64,000 nt of DNA from Candidatus Tidjanibacter faecipullorum (GTDB lineage: Bacteria; Bacteroidota; Bacteroidia; Bacteroidales; Rikenellaceae), in assembly GCA_019116245.1 (NCBI GenBank), contig DXCC01000004.1:152950-216949 (forward strand), written 5' to 3'. Below, piece by piece: positions 1 through 7,987 of the stretch. The notes below the pieces were generated by a model. It was given only the letters and a program-made list of their open reading frames with translations, had not been told where the DNA came from and did no database searches. The stretch's first letter is position 1. Every line of letters begins with the position of its first letter. The position numbers were made by a program, and so were the translations under genes.

Positions 1-128
1 TCGACGATGAAATAGTCGAGCGAAGCTATCAGCCGTCGGTTTGCCTCGGGCAGCACGTCGTACACCTCCCCGTCGCCGATCGGACAGGGCAGCATGTAGA
101 GCGTACCGTATGGTTTCGGAGTTTCCAT
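1..128 (-). CDS. SAM-dependent methyltransferase (RsmI/tetrapyrrole-methylase-like), N-terminal fragment running off the window
   Basis: Not in the ORF track because there is no stop in the window. The reverse complement from ATG (126-128) reads METPKPYGTLYMLPCPIGDGEVYDVLPEANRRLIASLDYFIV. It starts 10 nt downstream of the murF/alr stop. Family assignment is by resemblance only. Confidence 0.4.
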   Translation of the reverse strand, partial: METPKPYGTLYMLPCPIGDGEVYDVLPEANRRLIASLDYFIV

Positions 129-138
129 CGTTACGGGA

Positions 139-2532
139 CTACTCTTTCAGATAAATGCGTTTGACACGGCTCGACACCGAAGTCATGATCTCATAGGGAA
201 TCGTTCCCAGAATCGCGGCCATGTCCGACACGGTATTGCCCGCCTCGGCGCCGAAGACGGTCACCTCGTCGCCCTCCTCGGCCTGCAGACCGGTCACATC
301 GACCATGCAGCTGTCCATGCACACCCGTCCCACGATCGGTGCGGGACGGCCGTTCACCCGTACGCTCCAGGCTCCGTTGCCCAACCGGCGATCCAGGCCG
401 TCGGCATAGCCGATCGGTATGGTGGCCAGCCGCGAGGGACGCTCCAGATGGCCGCAGCGGCCGTAGCCGACCGTCTGCGAAGGATCGAGTTCGCGGATCT
501 GCACGATACGGGTGGCCAGCCGGCTGACAGGACGCAGCGCGCAGGCATTCGTCGCACTGACACCATAGAGGCCGATGCCCAACCGGCACATCTCGAAATG
601 CGCCTCCGGGAAACGCTCCATGCCCGCCGTGTTGAGAATATGGCGCAGCGGACGGTAACCGATCCCCTCGATCAGCGCATCGGTCGTCCGGCGGAAATAG
701 TCGATCTGACCGCGTGTGAAGTCATCCTCTTCGGGCATGTCGGCCGCAGCCAGGTGGGAGAAGACCGAACGCACGACCACCGCCCCCGCCTCGCGGCGCA
801 GAGCAGCCACCAGCCGGGGCATATCTTCCAACCGGAAGCCGAGCCGGTGCATGCCGGTATCGATCTTGATATGGATCGGCCACGACGCCTCGCCCGCATC
901 CCGCACGGCAGCGACAAACTGTTCCAGCGAACGGAAACTGTAGATCTCCGGCTCCAGCCGGTTGGCCACCATCAGGGCGAAACTGTCGGCATCGGCATTC
1001 AGCACCACGATCGGCATCGTGATGCCCTTCTCCCTGAGCCGCACGCCTTCGTCGGCAAAGGCCACCGCCAGGTAGTTGACCCCCTGCCGCTGCAGCATGT
1101 CGGCCACCTCGAAGTCGCCGCTGCCGTAGGACGACGCCTTCACCATGGCAACGAGCTTGACCCCGTCACCGATCAGCGAACGGTAGTGGTCGAGGTTGTG
1201 GCGCATGGCATCCAGATCGACCTCCAGCACGGTGGTGTGGCTGCGGCGGTCAAGCAGGTGCAGGATGCGCATGAAGCCCGTGTCGGCATTGCCGCGCAGC
1301 AGCACGGCCCGCCCGGCCACGTCGGCCTGCGTGCAATGGGTGGTGAAATCCTCGGCCGAGGCAAAGAAGCGGCTGCCCTGCGGGAAGGCATCCCGGCAGG
1401 CCATGATCCGCTCGCCGACGCCGACGAACTGGTCGATTCCGGCCGTGCGCACCATGCGGGCCACCTGGCCGTAGAGTTCCCAGGCCGGCATCGAACTGAA
1501 CGGCACGTCGGCCATGATCAGCATGGTGGGCCGCTCGCCCGCCACGCCGCGCAGGTAGTCGAGGGCCATCGGCAGGGCGTTGACGTCCGTATTGTTCATG
1601 TCGGTCACCAGCACCGATCCGGCAATGCCCTCGCGCAGGCCCAACCGGACAGCCACCGGACGGAGTTGCTCCAGCCGCGGGCGCAACGTCCCGGCGTCGA
1701 TGCCCAGCACACCGTAAAAGGCGGCTACCAGCGCCACATTCCGACGCGAGGCGGCATCGTCGCCCGTACCGGCCGGAACGGGCAGCCCGTCGCTCTGCTG
1801 TGCGGCATCGACCAGCACCGCCTCCGGCGCCCGATTGCGCAGCGTCTCGCTCTCGAAAGGCTGACCGCCATAATGGATAATGGTCCGACACGAGGCAAAG
1901 AGCTGCGCCTTCTCGCGCATCTTCTGCCGGTCGGACTGGAAGTTCTCGCCATGTTCGGGTCCCAGCCCCGTAAAGATGCCAATGTCGGGACGCACAACGG
2001 CGGCCAGCCGCTCCATCTCGCCGGGACGCGAAATGCCGACCTCGATCAGCGCCACCTCCTCATCGCCCGTCATCATCAGGATCGAGAGCGGCACGCCGAG
2101 CTGGGAATTGTAGCTGCGCGGACTCCGGAAGAGGTTCATCCCCTCCGGCGCCACCTGTGCGATCCACTCCTTGACGGTCGTCTTGCCGCTCGATCCCGTA
2201 ATGCCGACCACCGTACCCCGGAACGACGCCCGGTAGTGGGCGGCCAGCGCCTGCAGCCCCGCCAGCGATTTGGGCACCCGTACGAATCCCGCCCCGGGAT
2301 ATTGGGCGGCATCCAGTTCGCGCTCCACCAGGAAGGCGCGCACGCCGCGCCGGTAGAGGTCGTCGATGAAATCGTGGCCGTCGTGATTGCGGCCGCGAAT
2401 GGCCACGAACAACGGCGCCTCGTCGCTTCCGATACTGCGCCGGCTGTCGGCAATCACACTGCGTGCGGTTACGTCCGCACCCGAAAATTCGCCGCCGCAC
2501 ACGGCAGCGATCTCTCGCATCGAATAGTTCAT
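139..2532 (-). CDS. murF/alr: Bifunctional UDP-N-acetylmuramoyl-tripeptide--D-alanyl-D-alanine ligase / alanine racemase (MurF-Alr fusion)
   Basis: 797-aa ORF. The N-terminal half has the Mur-ligase P-loop GITGSSGKTT. The C-terminal half has the alanine racemase PLP-lysine motif AMVKASSYGSG and the typical C-terminus (PIVGRVCMDSCMVDV). ATG confirmed at 2530-2532. Confidence 0.9.
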   Translation of the reverse strand: MNYSMREIAAVCGGEFSGADVTARSVIADSRRSIGSDEAPLFVAIRGRNHDGHDFIDDLYRRGVRAFLVERELDAAQYPGAGFVRVPKSLAGLQALAAHYRASFRGTVVGITGSSGKTTVKEWIAQVAPEGMNLFRSPRSYNSQLGVPLSILMMTGDEEVALIEVGISRPGEMERLAAVVRPDIGIFTGLGPEHGENFQSDRQKMREKAQLFASCRTIIHYGGQPFESETLRNRAPEAVLVDAAQQSDGLPVPAGTGDDAASRRNVALVAAFYGVLGIDAGTLRPRLEQLRPVAVRLGLREGIAGSVLVTDMNNTDVNALPMALDYLRGVAGERPTMLIMADVPFSSMPAWELYGQVARMVRTAGIDQFVGVGERIMACRDAFPQGSRFFASAEDFTTHCTQADVAGRAVLLRGNADTGFMRILHLLDRRSHTTVLEVDLDAMRHNLDHYRSLIGDGVKLVAMVKASSYGSGDFEVADMLQRQGVNYLAVAFADEGVRLREKGITMPIVVLNADADSFALMVANRLEPEIYSFRSLEQFVAAVRDAGEASWPIHIKIDTGMHRLGFRLEDMPRLVAALRREAGAVVVRSVFSHLAAADMPEEDDFTRGQIDYFRRTTDALIEGIGYRPLRHILNTAGMERFPEAHFEMCRLGIGLYGVSATNACALRPVSRLATRIVQIRELDPSQTVGYGRCGHLERPSRLATIPIGYADGLDRRLGNGAWSVRVNGRPAPIVGRVCMDSCMVDVTGLQAEEGDEVTVFGAEAGNTVSDMAAILGTIPYEIMTSVSSRVKRIYLKE

Positions 2533-2598
2533 ATCCGTCTATTTCTCTTTCCGGCGCCCGGCCGGTCCGCCTTCCGGACCGCGACCGCAGAAACGCCT

Positions 2599-2958
2599 CT
2601 ATTTATTCCGTACGAACACCTCTTCGTCGGCACCACGCGCCACGACCAGCGTATCGGCCGTCAGACGCACGATGCGGAGCGTGTCCACCATGCGGATCGT
2701 CTGTCCGTTGCCGATGCTGCGCCCCGACAGCAGCAGGTCATCCCCCTGCCACCGCCAGGTTTCATACTGCAGGGTGGCCATGCCCACCGATCCGGCCGTT
2801 CCGTCGGCTTCCAACCGGAAGCCCTGCCACAACGGCGCCATACCCGGCACGGGCTGCAGCCATTCGCCCTGCAGGACTTGCTCGCCGTGCGATGCGCAAC
2901 CGGCCAGCAGACATACACCCGCCGCAAAGACGAAGATACAGCTAATTCTCGTTCCCAT
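2599..2958 (-). CDS. Small lipocalin-like lipoprotein
   Basis: Signal peptide plus lipobox (VCLLAGC), followed by a GEW...DG...W...L pattern typical of Bacteroidota lipocalin-like proteins. The ORF-track start at 2967 is TTG; the first ATG is at 2958. Confidence 0.5.
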   Translation of the reverse strand: MGTRISCIFVFAAGVCLLAGCASHGEQVLQGEWLQPVPGMAPLWQGFRLEADGTAGSVGMATLQYETWRWQGDDLLLSGRSIGNGQTIRMVDTLRIVRLTADTLVVARGADEEVFVRNK

Positions 2959-3009
2959 CACTTGCAATCTCTCCGATTCGTTCCTTTTGTCTGTCCAGTC
3001 AGCTGCCCG

Positions 3010-5505
3010 TCACGCCTTGAAGGTCACCACCGTGATGCCCGCACCGCCGCGGTCGGCATGGTCGTCGGTTGCCGAAGCCACCTCGTCCACCGTACGCAGG
3101 TAGCGGCGGATCTCCTCCTTCAATGCGCCCGTGCCCTTGCCGTGCAGGATACGCACCTCCGAGACGCCCACCATCAGCGCATCGTCGATCAGATTCTCGA
3201 CGGCCTCGAGCGCCTCCGCCGCCCGCATGCCGCGCACGTCGATGTTGTCCTTGAAGTTCAGCCGCCGCGAAGCAATGTCCACGCTGACCACCGTACGCGC
3301 CCGCTCGGGACGTGTCTGACGCTTGTACTCGGCATTCGAGATCGCCTCGAGCCGTTCGAGGGCCACCGTCGTGAGGATGTGGCCAAACGCCACGGTGGCC
3401 TTCTTGCCCTTGACCTCGGTCACCTCGCCGACGCCGTCCTGCTCCTTGATGCGCACCTTGCTGCCCACCTTGATTTCCAGCGGCGCCGGCTGCTGCTGCG
3501 CTTCGGGCACGGCCACCGCCTCGCCCCGACGCGCCTTGCGCTCCTGGCGCTGCTGCTGGCGACGCTCCACCTTGGCCATCTCGCGGTCGATGCGGGCCTG
3601 CTCCTCGGGCGAAACCCCCTTCTGCTCGACGTTCTCCTTGAATTCGTCCAGCTCGCGACGGGCAAAACGGGTCATTTCCTTCTCGGCCTGCGCCTCCTTG
3701 ATCGTGCGGATCGTATTTTCGATCTGCTTGTTGGCCTCGGAAATCAGCGTCCGGGCCTCCTCCTTGGCCTCCGCAAGGATGCGGTTGCGCTCCTGCCGGA
3801 TGTCGGCCAGCTGACGGGCATAGGTCTGTTCCAGCTCCTCGACCTTGCGGTCGGTGACCCGGATCCGGTCGCGCTTCTGCTCCCAGTAGCGACGGTCGCG
3901 GGCAATGTCACGCAGCTGTTTCTCCAGGTTGATGTGGTCGCTGCCCGCCTTTTCGGCCGCCGCATCGATGATCTGGGCCGGCAGGCCGATCTTGCGGGCA
4001 ATCTCGATGGCAAACGAACTGCCCGGCTCCCCCATCTGCAACCGGAAGAGCGGACGGATGTGCTGCACGTCGAACATCATGGCGCCGTTGACCACGCCGT
4101 CGTGGTTGGCCGCAAAGTATTTGATATTGGAATAGTGTGTCGTGATGACGCCGTAGGTACCCGTCTCCACGAAACGCTCCAGAATGGCCTCGGCGATCGC
4201 ACCGCCGATAACCGGCTCCGTACCCGAACCGAACTCGTCGATCAGCACGAGCGACTGATCGTCGGCATGGGCCAGCATGTTCTTCATGTTGAGCAGGTGC
4301 GAGGAGTAGGTACTCAGGTCGTTGTCGATCGACTGCTCGTCGCCGATGTCGATGAACAGCCCCCGGAAGACGGGAAACTCGGAGTTCTCGGCCACCGGCA
4401 CCAGGAAACCGCACTGGAGCATGTACTGCAACAGGCCCACCGTCTTGAGGCAGACCGACTTGCCGCCGGCATTCGGGCCCGAGATCACCAGCATGTGGTG
4501 CTGCCGGTCGAGCTTCAGATCGAGCGGCACAATCGGACGCCCCTCGCGCGAAAGGGTCTGGTTCAGCAACGGGTGACGGGCCGTGCGGAGCCACAGCGTC
4601 CCTTCGTCCGAAAGGATCGGCCGCACGCACTCGTTCTCCGAGGCCCAGCGCGCCTTGGCCCGCACCATATCCATCAGGATCAGGAACTCGCCCGCCCGGG
4701 CAATGCCGGGTGCATCGGGCCGGAGCGTAGCCGTGAAGTCGGTCAGGATGCGGATCACCTCCCGCCGTTCGGCATACTCCAGTTCCTTGAGCTCGTTGTT
4801 GATCTCGACGATCTCCACCGGCTCGATGTAGAAGGTCTTGCCCGTAGCCGATTCGTCGTGGATGAAGCCGTTGATCTTGCGTTTGTTGACGGCCGGTACG
4901 GGAATCACCGCCCGCCCGTCGCGGATCGACACCGTCGCGTCGGCATCGGCATAGCCGTCCCGCTGGGCCTGCACCAGAATGGCCTGCAGCCGTTTGGAGA
5001 TCTGGCCTTCGCGGTCGCGGATTGTCCGCCGGATGGCGTAAAGCTCGGGCGAGGCGCTGTCCTTGATCTTGCCGAAGCGGTCAAGGATCGTGTCGATATG
5101 GTTGGCGATGGCCGGAAAGCCGTCAATGCCCGTTGCCGCGCCGCGCAGGGCCGGATAGGCGTTGCCGTCGCGGGACTCGAAGAAATGGAGGATGTCGTTC
5201 ACCGCCCCCAGTCCCGTCCGCAGGGCGATCAGCTCCTCCACATCAAGGAAACCGCCCTCGACCTCGATCTTGCGGGCAATGGGGCCCATGTCGGTATATT
5301 CCTGCGTGGGGAAGCCCGACTCCATCATCAGAATCGTGCGCAGCTCGTCGCACAGCGCCAGCCGCCGGTCGATCTCCGCCGCCGAAGCGGAAAAGCCCTG
5401 CCGGTCGAGCAGCATGCGCCCCCCTTCGGTGGTACACCGCTCCCGGACCTGCGCCCGGATGCGGTCAAAGCCGATCTTCGATTCGTAATCTACCGGATAT
5501 ATCAT
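3010..5505 (-). CDS. mutS2: Endonuclease MutS2 (MutS domain V ATPase plus C-terminal Smr)
   Basis: 831 aa. Walker A GPNAGGKSVCLKT. C-terminal Smr domain (DVRGMRAAEALEAVENLIDDA...ILHGKGTGALKEEIRRYL). Confidence 0.9.
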   Translation of the reverse strand: MIYPVDYESKIGFDRIRAQVRERCTTEGGRMLLDRQGFSASAAEIDRRLALCDELRTILMMESGFPTQEYTDMGPIARKIEVEGGFLDVEELIALRTGLGAVNDILHFFESRDGNAYPALRGAATGIDGFPAIANHIDTILDRFGKIKDSASPELYAIRRTIRDREGQISKRLQAILVQAQRDGYADADATVSIRDGRAVIPVPAVNKRKINGFIHDESATGKTFYIEPVEIVEINNELKELEYAERREVIRILTDFTATLRPDAPGIARAGEFLILMDMVRAKARWASENECVRPILSDEGTLWLRTARHPLLNQTLSREGRPIVPLDLKLDRQHHMLVISGPNAGGKSVCLKTVGLLQYMLQCGFLVPVAENSEFPVFRGLFIDIGDEQSIDNDLSTYSSHLLNMKNMLAHADDQSLVLIDEFGSGTEPVIGGAIAEAILERFVETGTYGVITTHYSNIKYFAANHDGVVNGAMMFDVQHIRPLFRLQMGEPGSSFAIEIARKIGLPAQIIDAAAEKAGSDHINLEKQLRDIARDRRYWEQKRDRIRVTDRKVEELEQTYARQLADIRQERNRILAEAKEEARTLISEANKQIENTIRTIKEAQAEKEMTRFARRELDEFKENVEQKGVSPEEQARIDREMAKVERRQQQRQERKARRGEAVAVPEAQQQPAPLEIKVGSKVRIKEQDGVGEVTEVKGKKATVAFGHILTTVALERLEAISNAEYKRQTRPERARTVVSVDIASRRLNFKDNIDVRGMRAAEALEAVENLIDDALMVGVSEVRILHGKGTGALKEEIRRYLRTVDEVASATDDHADRGGAGITVVTFKA

Positions 5506-5664
5506 TGTCGTTCAATTTTATTGCTTCGCTCTGCCGCCGCGCCCCGCGCAACGGCCGCCATAAAAGGCAAAGTCCCGCAGGTGACCGCGGGACCCGTAAG
5601 GTATCCTACCGACGCGACGCACACCGTCGGTCCGCCCGACGCGTCCACGCCTGCTACGGGCAGG

Positions 5665-6597
5665 TTATTTCTTGTTCTTGTTGCCGCCGAACACGGAGAT
5701 GTGCACATACCGCTGGGGATTCTCCTTCACGTCGCGCAACAGCGCCGACAGGTTCGAACTGGCCTGCGTGAGCGAATCGTACAGCGCTCCGTCGGAGAGG
5801 AAGCGGTTCAGGCTGCCCTCCGGCGAATTGGCCGCCGCCAGCAGCCGGTTGAGCTCCTCGACCGCGCGGTCGAGGTCGTTCATCGTCTGCCCCAGATCGG
5901 CCTCGGCCAGCTGGCCCGACACCTTTTTGAGGTCGGTGAGCGTCGAGTCGATCCGTTCCGAACCGTCGGCCAGCGTAGTGGTCACCGTATTGACATGATC
6001 GATGATCTGACCGATCTCCTCCCCCTTGCGGGCAAACGATTCGACCCCCTGACGCAGTCCGACGAACGCCCCCGCAATCTGCTCGCTGTTTTCGCTGAGC
6101 AGCTTGTTGAGGCTCGACAGGGTGACGTCGAGCGAATTGATCAGGGCACCGATCTGCTCCTTGTAGTAGTCGATTTCGGAACCGTCGATCTCGAACAGGC
6201 CCGGTTTGCTCTCGGCCCGGATCGTCGCTCCGTCGGGCAGCGCATCGGCCGAATCACCCAACTCGATCTCGAAGGCCTTGCCTCCCATCAGTCCGTTGGT
6301 ATAGAGGCGGACGATGGAGTTGTCCGGAATACGGTACTCCGACCGGACATCGAACCGCACCTCCACCCGGTTGTCGAGGTCGGGACGGAAGGTGATGCCG
6401 GTCACCTGACCGACGCTGATGCCTTTGATGATGATCGGCGAGGAGAGCTGCAGGCCGTTCACATTGTCGAAATAGGCGTAATAGGTCATGTTGCGGTTCC
6501 ACAGGTCGCGTCCCTTGAGGAAATTCACGCCGCAGTAGAGCAGCAGCAGGATCAGCACCGCGAACAGGCCTATCCGTGCTTCTTTTCTGATTTTCAT
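5665..6597 (-). CDS. MlaD/MCE-family protein
   Basis: N-terminal TM helix followed by an MCE domain (YYAYFDNVNGLQLSSPIIIKGISVGQVTGI). The ORF-track start at 6609 is TTG; the first ATG (MKIRKE) is at 6597. Confidence 0.75.
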   Translation of the reverse strand: MKIRKEARIGLFAVLILLLLYCGVNFLKGRDLWNRNMTYYAYFDNVNGLQLSSPIIIKGISVGQVTGITFRPDLDNRVEVRFDVRSEYRIPDNSIVRLYTNGLMGGKAFEIELGDSADALPDGATIRAESKPGLFEIDGSEIDYYKEQIGALINSLDVTLSSLNKLLSENSEQIAGAFVGLRQGVESFARKGEEIGQIIDHVNTVTTTLADGSERIDSTLTDLKKVSGQLAEADLGQTMNDLDRAVEELNRLLAAANSPEGSLNRFLSDGALYDSLTQASSNLSALLRDVKENPQRYVHISVFGGNKNKK

Positions 6598-6675
6598 GGT
6601 ATTTCTCAATCTTCTTGTTTTCGGTTCAACATACCGGGCCAGCCGTCCGTCTCCATGTCCGGCGCGCCCGTTCCG

Positions 6676-7815
6676 CTACTGGTTGGTCCGCTCGCGGGCC
6701 GTTTTCACGCTGAGCTGCCGCTCCCCCTCGTAGGCCACCACAAAGGCATCGGGGAACTCCTTGCGCGCCTCGCGCTGAAGTTTCAGCGCCTGCTGGTAAT
6801 CTTCCGTGCCGCCGATCAGATAGCGGTAGCCCTTGCCTTCCACCCGGCGCTCCACCACCTTGCCGCGGTACGAGCCGAACTTGCGGCTGTTGAGCGGCTG
6901 GCTGCGGTCCAGGAAGCTGAGCTGCACGTAGAACAGGATGCGGTCATCGGCCTGACCCGGCTCCGGTTCCACGACCTTCTCCTGCGTCACGACATTGGCG
7001 CGACGCTCAACCTGGCGCTTGTATTCGCCGAAGGCCTCAAACAGCGCCTGCGCCGCTTCGGTCTGTCCCTTGTCCGAGGTCACGTAGGTGCGGTCGGTGG
7101 CATTCGAAAGGAAACCGATCTCGGTCAGCACGCTGGGCATCGAGGCCCGCCACAACACCAGGAAGGGCTCCTGCGTGGTGCCGCGGTCGGGCATCGGCAG
7201 CGCCTGCTTGTAGTGTTTCTGCACGATCTCGGCAAACATCATGCTCTGGTCCTGATGGGCATACTGCATGAGCGAGAACATGATGTAGCTGGCCGGATCG
7301 CCCGCGTTGTAACCTTCGTAACGCGTCGTGTAGTCGTCCTCGTACACCACCACGTCATTTTCCCGCATGGCCACCTCGAGGTTCTTGCCCTGCTTGTCCA
7401 TACCCATCACGTGGGTCGAGGTGCCGCGGGCGCTCTGGTTGGTGGCTGCATTGATGTGAATCGAGATGAACAGGTCGGCTCCCGCCTTGTTGGCAATGAT
7501 GCCGCGCTCGGCCAGCGGCACATACACATCCGTCGAACGGGTATAGATCACCTCCACGTCGGGGTATTTTTTCTTGATCAGCGCGCCGAGCTTCTTGGCG
7601 ATGCTCAGCGTCACGTCCTTCTCCAGACAGTTCTTGTAGACACAGCCGGGATCCTTGCCGCCGTGACCGGCGTCCAGCACCACCTTGCCCACCTTGCCGC
7701 GCTCGGCCGGATCGGCAGCGGCGGAGGGATCCCGGCCGTACAGCACGGCCGTTGCGGCAAAGAGGAGGATGAAAAGAGCCGTTGCGAACGGAACCAGGCG
7801 CGAAGAACTGCTCAT
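6676..7815 (-). CDS. N-acetylmuramoyl-L-alanine amidase (Amidase_3) with SPOR-like C-terminal domain
   Basis: Signal peptide; VVLDAGHGGKDPG amidase motif; C-terminal SPOR-like segment (YRYLIGGTEDYQQALKLQREARKEFPDAFVVAYEG). Confidence 0.85.
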   Translation of the reverse strand: MSSSSRLVPFATALFILLFAATAVLYGRDPSAAADPAERGKVGKVVLDAGHGGKDPGCVYKNCLEKDVTLSIAKKLGALIKKKYPDVEVIYTRSTDVYVPLAERGIIANKAGADLFISIHINAATNQSARGTSTHVMGMDKQGKNLEVAMRENDVVVYEDDYTTRYEGYNAGDPASYIMFSLMQYAHQDQSMMFAEIVQKHYKQALPMPDRGTTQEPFLVLWRASMPSVLTEIGFLSNATDRTYVTSDKGQTEAAQALFEAFGEYKRQVERRANVVTQEKVVEPEPGQADDRILFYVQLSFLDRSQPLNSRKFGSYRGKVVERRVEGKGYRYLIGGTEDYQQALKLQREARKEFPDAFVVAYEGERQLSVKTARERTNQ

Positions 7816-7891
7816 GCTATCTGTTTTTGATTCGGACGGCGTTCCCCCGCGATTAACCGGGGAACGTATCGGGAAACTGCGTTTTTTTACC

Positions 7892-7899
7892 TATTTTTG
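7892..7899 (+). promoter_or_regulatory. Bacteroidota-type -7 promoter box (TAnnTTTG)
   Basis: Exact TATTTTTG, 88 nt upstream of the lptD-like TTG start. Confidence 0.45.
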
Positions 7900-7945
7900 T
7901 TGGCGAAAAATTTTTCCGCTGCGGGGCACGGGCCGCCGGAGCGTT

Positions 7946-7966
7946 TTTGCCGACTTTGTCGGCAAA
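7946..7966. promoter_or_regulatory. Perfect 9-bp palindrome (TTTGCCGAC-TTT-GTCGGCAAA) in the divergent amidase/lptD intergenic region
   Basis: Read directly from the sequence. It lies 22 nt upstream of the lptD-like start, inside its putative leader. Function unknown (operator or leader hairpin). Confidence 0.35.
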
Positions 7967-7987
7967 GTTACCATTTTTGACTGAAAT

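Noticed and set aside
448-7830. A 2460-codon ORF on the plus strand spanning 7.4 kb.
   Set aside because: It is exactly antisense to five well-supported minus-strand genes (murF/alr, lipocalin-like, mutS2, MlaD-family, amidase). All five happen to share one coordinate phase (139, 2599, 3010, 5665 and 6676 are all 1 mod 3, as is 448), so the plus-strand frame reads the reverse complements of sense codons. Stops there require the sense codons TTA, CTA or TCA, which are rare in this GC-rich genome. The translation is R/G/A/H/D/V/L-rich with no recognisable motif. The five-gene phase coincidence and stop-free spacers are a curiosity, not evidence of coding.
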